In this document: piece by piece, positions 54,977 to 64,000 of the stretch | Numbering within the stretch: the stretch's first letter is position 1 | Layout of the letters: the number at the start of each line of letters is the position of its first letter | Assembly: GCA_951406725.2 (NCBI GenBank) | Contig: OX597827.1 | Coordinates: 22,320,001 to 22,384,000, forward strand | Length of the DNA stretch: 64,000 bases | Direction of reading: 5' to 3' | Source: Octopus vulgaris | Lineage: Eukaryota | Translations under genes and position numbers: made by a program | Notes under the pieces: model-generated | Told to the model about the DNA's origin: nothing | Seen by the model: only the letters and a program-made list of their open reading frames with translations | Databases searched by the model: none

Positions 54977-56720
54977 CTTTGGTACTGTGATAGATTTCGG
55001 CCAGTATTGGCCCAGGCCATGTCTAACTTAATAGCATCACCTGGCGAAGTATTCAAATCAGGATTCGGGCAACATGGCCCACTCAGGTAGAGAGTTATTG
55101 TTTACGGAGACATATCAGGATGTAGGAGGTTTATCCAGGATTTCTTGAAGGGATTTGTCCAAGACATCTTGAACTTTATGGGGTCTGTTTCTACTTTAAT
55201 GTGTTTTGGTGTAATGTAAGAGAGCGGGGCCCATTGAGGTGAAATAACTGTGCCGTATTGCTGTTATGAGATGCGAGTGTGATTTATGTTGTAGGTGGAT
55301 AACACGGGGCTCTAGCCTTGAGTTCTTAAAGGCGATGCCAACATCATTTAGGCAATGCTGATGGAATATTTTCCACATCATTCAGATAATGTAGCGCTCA
55401 CGGTGACGTTGGAGAGAGTAAAGCTCGAGCTTTTCTAGTCGACCACAATAGTCAAAGCCTGTCATGCCATCTATCTGTTTTTGTAATTGACCTTTGAGGT
55501 GCTTCAACTTTCATGGTGCTTTGTTTCGTCTGGACAACAGTATTCAGAGTGCAGTCAGGAAAAAGTGGAGAATGGTGTGGATATCTCTAACTGGAAAGTT
55601 CTGAATCCAGGAGCACATTCTGCGGGTCATGTCAACTTTGCTGCTTATGTGAGTAGCCCAGCTTATGTTGTCTACAATTAATCCTGAGTCTCTGATGTTG
55701 TTGGATGTTACGAGAGTGTCACCTGAAAGAAAGGAGCATGGGAGTTTCAGGGTATCCCTTTTTCCAAAATGGATTAACTAAAATTCATCCTCATTCAGCA
55801 GTATCTTGTTCTTTTCCGCCCTTTGGACAATAGCCAGTAGGTCAGACTGAAGGCATGTCCGGACACCCACTTCATTGATGACCTGGATCTTGGAATCATC
55901 TGCAAAGATTCTTATGTTGATGTGCTTGATAATGTCAGTAATGTCATTGATGCAGAAAACAAGTGGGCCCAAAACAGTGCCTTGTGGAACACCACTACTG
56001 AGTCTGGCTGGTCTTGGTTTTACTCCTTCGACTACAACGTGTTGGATTCTGTCTGTCAGGAAACACTTGATCCATGGTTGTAACTTTCCAGAGACACCAA
56101 TGTTGGATAGTTTTTGCAAGAGAATCTTATGATCAGCTTTGCTGAAATCAAAGTAAAGGACATCGGTGTTGGAGCCCTCTCCCAAAGCTCTCAGAATGTG
56201 ATCAATGTGATGCAGGAGTTGCGTTAGGCAGTTTCTTCCATTACGGAACCCATGTTGGTTGGGGTTCAGCAGTCTGTTGCTTTCAAGAAAGTAGATTATC
56301 CGTGACCTCACAACCCTCTCAAATACCTTGATGGTATGAGAGGTGAGTGAGATCGGGCGGTAGTTCACTGCAAGGGACTTGTTTCCATTTTTTGAAAACT
56401 GGGACAACAGACTGGGACAGAACGTTTTTAGGAATAAAGCCAGCATCCAGTGCGTTCCTCCGCAGATTAGCAAGAGGAGATGCAAGTTGGTGGCGACACA
56501 CCTTCAGGACACAAGCAGGGAACCTGGCGGGGCCTGCTGCCGAAATGTGTTTAATTTCGTTTATTGCCACTAAGACATCAGGGGCGCCAAACGTTATGTC
56601 CGATATAATGTGTTGGGGGTTAACATCACTGATAAGGGCCAGATGGGCCATATCAGGATTGCTGAAGACAGAGCGGTATTGTTTCTGAAGTATCTCACTC
56701 ATAGTCCACATATTACTGTA
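54975..56720 (-). mobile_element. CR1/L2-group LINE, 5'-truncated and frameshifted RT
   Basis: ORFs 56319-57020 and 55778-56485 give SAAGPARFP..LK, NYRPISLTS..KVFER, NQHGFR, DFSKA, SGVPQGTVLGP and FADDSKI; C-terminal HSYFTSMGPAL. Confidence 0.9.
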
Positions 56721-56839
56721 ACAGTAAATTGTATGTATGTATGTATGTATGTATGTATGTATGTATGTATGTATGTATGTATGTATGTATGTATGTATGT
56801 ATGTATGTATGTATGCATGCATGCATGCATGCATGTATG

Positions 56840-56892
<53 letters not shown>

Positions 56893-57052
56893 GAAGAAAA
56901 CATAAATATATATGTATGTATATATACATATATACATATATGCCTGTATATGTATGTAATATATATGTATGTATGTATATATAGGTGTGCGGTTAATACC
57001 GGACTGACTTGGTGCCTCAAATTAAGTCCCTAATTCAACTAAATGTTAATTA

Positions 57053-57133
<81 letters not shown>

Positions 57134-57489
57134 ATGCATGTATGTATGTATGTATGTATGTATGTATGTATGTATGTATGTATGTATGTATGTATGTATG
57201 TATGTATGTATGTATGTAGCTAGCTAGCTAGCTAGCTAGATAGATAGATACATCTATGTGCAATGTGAGAGACTAACAGATATTTGAGAAGTCTAATATA
57301 TATATAAACACACATGCACACCGTACATCTGTAATTTGTGATACTATTCCCTTTTAAATAATATTTCAACCTTTTCCCAGATTTCTTTGAACATAAAGCA
57401 GAAACAGAAAGGACACACACACACACACACATGTAGATATGCAAGTGCATGTGTGTATGTATGTGTGTATACTTATATATATATGTATG

Positions 57490-57735
57490 TTGTCCCTACC
57501 TTCGAAACGCGGAGTAGATAAAACAGGGGACAACAGATGAAGGGATTGTTCTCTATGTTGCTTGTCTCGTTTCTCTGTTTCTTTCGTTGTTCGAAAAACT
57601 GTTCGTTTTCTGTTTTTATTTTGTATGTTCTCGTTTCTCATTTTGTCTACGTTTTTTTGAGATCTTGTACCCATATATGCATGTATATATACATATATAT
57701 GTAGGTATGTACATAGATGTATGTATATATGCATA
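57490..57735 (+). mobile_element. TA-anchored element with reversed-order hammerhead-like boxes
   Basis: ccttcGAAAcgcggagtagataaaacaggggacaaCAGATGAaggg plus the family tail. Confidence 0.7.
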
Positions 57736-57779
57736 TATTTCTATGCTATTTATATTATATATATATATGTATTCTTTAA

Positions 57780-58160
57780 TTCTTTTATTCTTTTATTTGT
57801 TTCAGTCATTTGACTGAGGTCATGCTGGAGCACCGCTTTAAAGGGTTTTTTTTAGTCGAACAAATCGACTCCAGAACTTACTCTTTGTAAGCCGGGTACT
57901 TACGTTTTTCTTGCCGAACTTCTAAGTTACAGGGACGTAAACACACCAACATCGGTTGTCAGGCGCTGGTGGAGGACAAACACAGACGCACGCATAAATA
58001 TATTCACATATATATAATATACAACAGGCTTCTTTCAGTTTCCGTCTACCAAATCCACTGACAAGGTTTTGGTTGGCCCAAGGCTATCGTACAAGACACT
58101 TGCCCAATGTGCCATGCAATGGGACTGAACCCGGAACCGTGTAGCTTGGAAGCAAGCTTC
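57780..58160 (-). mobile_element. SINE family A
   Basis: Tail, middle and most of the head. Confidence 0.85.
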
Positions 58161-58261
58161 ATACTACAAACACACATACACACACATACATGATTGTGTA
58201 CGTGTGCGTATGTGAATGCGCATGCGTGTGTGTGTACGTACGTGTGTGTGTGTTGTTCCAA

Positions 58262-59770
58262 GTTAGTCGGGTCGAGGAGTGGTAGTGAGACTAAGACTTC
58301 ATGACTCGGAAATGCATCTCATAGAGTTAAGCGTCTCAAACAGGCCCTGACAGCTAAGTCCAACCCGAAGCCCTTTCACGCGAACTATTTTGCCTGCCGA
58401 CTTAAAACCAATCCATCAACTTTGGAAAGCAGCCTGAGAAAGCAGTTTAGCCAAGGAACGTCAGACCTCCGTTGCATCAATGGGAAAAGCTCTGAGAATA
58501 AACCTCGAAGAAAAATCCGCAGCTGAAGTCCCTGAGGCAGTTCAACATGGTTCTGGCGATTTCTGGAACAACACTGGTGCCAGTTGTACTGGCGTTTGTC
58601 ACTCCCTTGGACAATATGAGTGGCGGAGAGAGGGGAGCCACGCTGCATGGGTAACTGCTGATCTCCCCTACTAACCCTGCTCAAACCTGCGCTCAAAAGA
58701 GGACATTGCAGGATCATTTTATTGCAATGGTACATCTCCAAAAACAGCAATGTACCGTTTATATGCCTGCGCTCAAATTGGCGTTGAGTTGGGCGCCGTG
58801 TGCAGCTTTCGACGGAGAGAAAGACAATCGTATCTCAGTTGTACAACTACCGGCTTTCTCAATCTGAGTTTACCGCAGCCAATCAGATGTTGTCTCACTA
58901 CAGTGCACCTGCCTCTATGAGTGTATAGAGCTTAAAATTACAAGTAGCCTGAATCGTGGATAGTAAAAACAGCATCAGGCACGACAAGAAGACAAAATAA
59001 GAAGCCAGCACTCGGATTATCGTGCTGTAATATACTGTCCAAGATTACTGAATTATCTGAGATAATCTCTTGAGCACCAGTGACACACGAAATACTGCTA
59101 TGATTAACAACGGTCTTTTAAGATTTCAAGTGGAAATCACAAAGCTACAGGAGAAAGAAACTCTACAGGAGGAAGACTACACCATTTTATTTAGATGAGA
59201 CTAAAAAGTATGGTGTTGGTTTTTCTGTGAGAAGCTGTTAAAGAGTGTCTAGTATGGCGAGAGAAAACCCGAGCAGATTTTCTCAATTCGACTCCATACA
59301 ACGAGTGTCACCCTTGTCAATGTCCATGCTCTGATCTTCGTCTCTACACATAATACAAAGGACGAATTCTATGGCCAACTCTCAGAGGCAATTCATAAAT
59401 CGTCAATCCCGGAGCAACTTCTTCAACGGCAGAGTGGGTGCTGATCACGAATCCAGGCTATCAAAGAAAACAAAGATTGCTTGAGTTTTGCAGAATCCAT
59501 GAACTGAGTGTTACCAACACTTACTTCCAAGATAAAATCCAGCACAAACATTGGCACCAATGAGACATGGTAATTACAGGATGATGCCATTTGGGAAATG
59601 TGTTCATGACTTGATGCTTCCAAAGTGCAGACTACGACGCAAGTCGCTCTTTGGTTTGCTTCAAGATCAAACAACCAAAGACGATAACTCCATATGAAAC
59701 CACCCGGCAGGCAGCGCATTGGTGTCACTGTGACACAAGACCCAGATAAAGTAGAAGAATCTGCTTTATC
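58262..59770 (+). mobile_element. Decayed RTE-clade LINE 5' part (UTR and AP endonuclease)
   Basis: YGVGFSV, TLVNVHA...TKDEFYGQL, LSVTNTYFQ and FQSADYD resemble RTE APE motifs. Confidence 0.65.
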
Positions 59771-60071
59771 TGTGTATCCTCTGTGATGGATCTGAATGTT
59801 TTTATGCAAACTATTTCTCGACTCATCACAGAGGATACACATATTTTATCTCCTTGTCGAAGACTTTATTGCTTGATCGAGATGCAAATTAATTTAGATA
59901 GACAGATAGATTTAGGTCTTTTAATTTTTCTTGACCAATTAAAGTACTGATTGAGTAAACCTGTCAACAGCAAACATATAATGAGTACTGGAAACAGCTG
60001 TGAGTCAAATTGATTAAAATGAAGAAAAATATGCACTGACCATTATGTATACATTATTTTATGTTTGTATA

Positions 60072-60137
<66 letters not shown>

Positions 60138-60140
<3 letters not shown>

Positions 60141-60323
60141 AGAGTTTACGAAAAAAGCAAAAGACGAAGACAGGTGGTGAAAAAAACAAACAGATGTATT
60201 AGTATAACGCTCAGGAATAGAAAAAGTATTTTACGTTTCGAGCCTACGCTCTTCTACAGAAAGGGACACAGCAAAAACAAGGAGAGAAAAAAATGTGTGT
60301 AGTGGCTAACGATCTATCATGGC
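60138..60323 (-). mobile_element. HHR-variant element of the 9978-10168 family
   Basis: ttt-CTGTAGA-a-gagc(gtag)gctc-GAAA-cg-TA-aaa at 60229-60262. Confidence 0.75.
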
Positions 60324-60452
60324 ATATATACGTATGTATGTATATATAAATAAATATAAGAAGGGATGATATTATTAAAATACCATCACGGGTTGCAAGC
60401 GAATTATCAGCCGTAATGGCAAATTAATAAAATATATACATACAATATAAGA

Positions 60453-60680
60453 TAGGGTGCGGCAGAAGTAATGCTCTTTTTGCATTTGATAACTGTTATA
60501 GTATATAATTGTTTGTTAAGTAGTTTTTTTTTTATTGAACATAAATTTATTGGATTACTTAAAAGAACGAATAATAAACTAATGAAAAAAATCGTAGAAG
60601 TTTTAGAAAATTTATTAAGTATTGTTTCATCACTGCAACATGATTCAAATACGAAACGGCGTTACCTCTGCTGCACCCTG
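60453..60680. mobile_element. Tc1/mariner-type MITE
   Basis: Imperfect TIRs tagggtgcggcagaagtaatgc and gcgttacctctgctgcaccctg, followed by TA. Confidence 0.7.
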
Positions 60681-60837
60681 TATAATCATCAGATTAAACA
60701 CTATATATGGTATATATAATCTCCAATGTATATGGCGTTTGTGTAATCGACTAATCACCTCCACACCCCGCGACATATTTCCTTGAGTCTGAAGTACAAA
60801 GGATATATAATTATATATGATATATATATATTACTAT

Positions 60838-61075
60838 ACTCTCTTTACTCTTTTACTCTTTTACTTGTTTCAGTCATTTGACTGCGGCCATGCTGGAGCA
60901 CCGCCTTTAGTCGAGCAAATCGACCCCGGGACTTATTCTTTGTAAGCCCAGTACTTATTCTATCGGTCTCTTTTGCCGAACCGCTAAGTGACGGGGACGT
61001 AAACATACCAGCATCGGTTGTCAAGCAATGCTAGAGGGACAAACACAGACAAACAAACATATACACACACATACA
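60838..61075 (-). mobile_element. SINE family A 3' half
   Basis: Near-consensus tail and middle, ending at the internal microsatellite. Confidence 0.9.
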
Positions 61076-61114
61076 TATGATTGATACTAGTTTCAGCTCA
61101 CGAGCTGTGGCCAT

Positions 61115-61787
61115 AAAGGCAACAATACAACGGAAAGTGCGAGGAATATTAATGCAGTATATGGGGATCGGACAATAAGCGTAAGCCAGACTCAACGGTG
61201 GTTCCAGAAATTACGAGCCGGAAACTACAGCTTGAAGAAGAGCCTCGTCCTGGAAGATCTGTAGAGCTCGACGAGGACGGCCAGCAAACCCTGGTTGAAC
61301 AAAATCCCATCGTAACTGTTGAGGAACTAGCAGAGCAGCTTCGATTTGGTCATTCAACCATTCATTGACACCTGCGTGTAATCGGAGAAGTCAGCAAATT
61401 TGGTCAATGGGTCCCTCACAAATTTTCCGAGTCTAATGTTTGGCCACATACAGCGATGACACCCCAGTGGGAAACGATGCCCTACCCACCATATTCGCCG
61501 GACATTATCTGATTATCATTTATTCCGATTATTCATTTATTCAAAATCATTTGGACGGAAAAAATTTGAATTTTATACACGCGGTCAGAACAATACTGGA
61601 AGAGTATTTTCATTACGGACAAGTGAATTTTGGAAGAGGAACCATGCAAGTCTACCAGATAAATGGAAGAGCATTGTAGAAAATGAAGGAGATTATATTT
61701 TAGATTAAAAGAGAACTTTGCTTAGCATAATTTTGAAAAATAAAAGAAGTACATAAAAAAACACATTATTTATGGGATGACCCAATA
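61115..61787 (+). mobile_element. Internally deleted mariner transposon remnant
   Basis: ARNINAVYG..QRWFQKLRAGNYSLEEEPRPGR...WVPHK and PPYSPDI motifs; 3' TIR-like cattatttatgggatgacccaata. Confidence 0.9.
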
Positions 61788-61933
61788 TATGTGTGTGTGT
61801 GTGTATTTGTCTGTATATATATAAATAAATATGCACGCACACGCATACACAAATACATACATATTTATAAACATTTATATATACGTATACATATAGAATA
61901 TGTATATGCACACACAGACACACATATATATAT

Positions 61934-62012
<79 letters not shown>

Positions 62013-62029
62013 CGTGTGTGTGTGTGGAA

Positions 62030-62137
62030 CAACGGGAAGTAGAGTGTCTTGCTCAACGACACAAGGTGCGCGGGAACCAAACTCAGGACCTTACAACCGT
62101 GGACTGGATCCCCTAACCACTGAGCTACGCGCTTTCA
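62030..62137 (-). mobile_element. SINE C/D-like head
   Basis: Reverse complement of gcgcgtagctcagtggttaggg...tgtgtcgttgagcaagacact. Confidence 0.65.
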
Positions 62138-62558
62138 CTACACGCACGCACACACACACACGCGCGCGCGCGCGTATGTGTATATACTTGTAATAAGAAT
62201 GGAAACAGTAAATTCTAACTTTCCTCTACGTGTGTCTTCATTATTTTCATATTAAATAAACAGAAGTTTATATATACGCAGACGTTTATGTCGACGTTTA
62301 GACAGTCTAACACACACAGACACACACACACGTACGCTTTTACCTTACTGGGCATATCATAATTCTTCTAATTAATAAACATATTTACTGAGAGTCCACT
62401 ATAACTAATTAAAAGATTAGTTAGAGCTTTCACCAATCTCTGTGTAAAATAGGTAATTAAACGGAGCGACTACATCTCCAGAATGCATGCATACATACGT
62501 ACATACATTCATACATATATATGTGTGTGTATGTAATGTATATTATTTATACACACAG

Positions 62559-62610
<52 letters not shown>

Positions 62611-62848
62611 ATTCATATATATGTGTGTGTGTATGTAATGTATGTAATATATATTATTTATACACATACACACATCTTTTAAATTTGTTTACGGGAAACG
62701 TTTTGAATATGCAAATAAAATATGTCGGCCACAGTCTAAAGATGGTGATTAGTGAAGAAGTTATGGGTGTTGCATCAAGCTGAACCGATATTATGTAGGA
62801 GAAATATATTAATAATAACAATAATCCGTGAATAGAATTTATAAACAC

Positions 62849-63092
62849 TGAATGCATCGCTACGCGCGTTTCCACAAATCACATGTCTCTTAAGATTACA
62901 GTCCATATTCCTGGGATGATTACAGTGTAGTCCGTAGTATCCTTGAGCATCAACGTTATATCGCCTGAAGAAATGAATCCATGAAGATGTTCTACCCGAT
63001 GCCCTGCAGACTGTACTCTAATCGTTCCAGGAATACGGACTGTGATCTTAAGAGACGTGTGATTTGTGGAAACGCGCGTAGCGATGCATTCA
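62849..63092. repeat. Fold-back element with ~89-bp arms
   Basis: Arms 62849-62937 and 63004-63092. Confidence 0.85.
62960..63085 (+). ncRNA. Hammerhead motif with a ~97-nt stem II domain
   Basis: atcgc-CTGAAGA-a-atgaatc...gatttgt-g-GAAA-cgcgcg-TA-gcgat; stem III is the palindrome ACGCGCGT. Confidence 0.65.
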
Positions 63093-63149
63093 AGGGTTAT
63101 TGTTATAATTTATATATGTATGTATAAAAAGTATGTATACATACCGCTT

Positions 63150-63566
63150 TTATCTCTTCTCTTTCTCTTGTTTCAGTCATTAAACTGCAGCCATGCTGGG
63201 GCATCACCTTGAAGTATTTTTAGTCGAATGAATCAACCCCGGTAGTTTTTTTTTAAGACTGGTACTTATTCTAGCGGTCTCTCTTGGCGAACTGATAAGT
63301 TACGGGGACATACAGACACTGACATCGATTGTCACGCCGCTGGTGGAGGACAAACACAGATACAAAATCTCTCGGGTGCACATACACAAGCACACACATA
63401 CATATACGACGGACTTCTTTCAGTTTCCGTCTAACAAATCCACTCATAAGGCTTTGGTCGATCCGAAGCTATAATAGAAGACACACAACGTGCCACGCAG
63501 TGGGACTGAACCCAGAACCTTATGGTTGGGAAGCAAAGTTCTTACTATACAGCCACATGTGCGCCT
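63150..63566 (-). mobile_element. SINE family A (diverged)
   Basis: Tail, middle and head are present. Confidence 0.8.
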
Positions 63567-63829
63567 TAAATATATTTTTAAAATATACGGTATGTACGAA
63601 TATGGTTTACGTATTTATACATACGTATGTATATTGAATTATATACTAGTAATAGAAAGGGATCTAAAACTCTCATTGAAAAGGCTTTTGTCAACCCAAA
63701 GCTATAAGATATTGTAGTAGAAGATATTTAGCCCCGGGGTGGGATCACAGCTAGAATCACATGATCGCGAAGGTATTGGAACTTGCTTTGCCATTCTACA
63801 TCAATATTTACCTGTACACCGAGAATAAA

Positions 63830-63980
63830 TGCCACGACTTTGCCTTTCATCCTTTCGGGTCGATGAAATAAGAACCAGTTACGCACTGGGGTCAATGTAA
63901 TTGACTCTTCCCCTCCCCGCAAATTTTAGGTCTCGTGCCTATAGTAGAAAGGATTATTATTATTATTATTATTATTATTG
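63830..63980 (+). mobile_element. SINE family B 3' part with a (TTA)n tail
   Basis: gactttgcctttcatcctttcggg ... gtgcctatagtagaaaggattattatt. Confidence 0.85.
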
Positions 63981-64000
63981 AATGAGAGAGCAGCGCATGC

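Noticed and set aside
55778-56485. Functional reverse transcriptase gene or retron-like system
   Set aside because: It is a frameshifted, 5'-truncated LINE RT with deletions in conserved motifs.

Overview
AT-rich eukaryotic (animal) genomic DNA. The SINE families and the very high density of (TA)n/(CA)n/(CATA)n microsatellites suggest an octopus-like cephalopod genome (inference, not database-checked). No intact protein-coding gene is supported; almost all long ORFs in the track are microsatellite translations. The window is a mosaic of mobile-element remains: about 30 tRNA-headed SINE copies or fragments, decayed non-LTR retrotransposons (Penelope-like RT+GIY-YIG, R4/Dong-like, CR1/L2-like, RTE, Tx1/L1-like), a mariner remnant, Tc1/mariner-type MITEs, a non-autonomous Helitron and an 8-bp-TSD TIR element carrying (CCCTAA)n. 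The most interesting signal is a multi-family set of short microsatellite-anchored elements carrying minimal hammerhead-ribozyme (HHR) motifs. Many form long fold-back hairpins, and several turn at or beside the ribozyme, consistent with Penelope-like 3' ends. The set includes non-canonical cores, an HHR with a ~97-nt stem II domain, a conserved motif with the HHR boxes in reversed order, and a tRNA-headed (Pol III) element ending in an HHR. A second signal is a SINE that appears to insert repeatedly at the same internal site of related SINE copies. All folds and alignments were done by eye; element boundaries are approximate.
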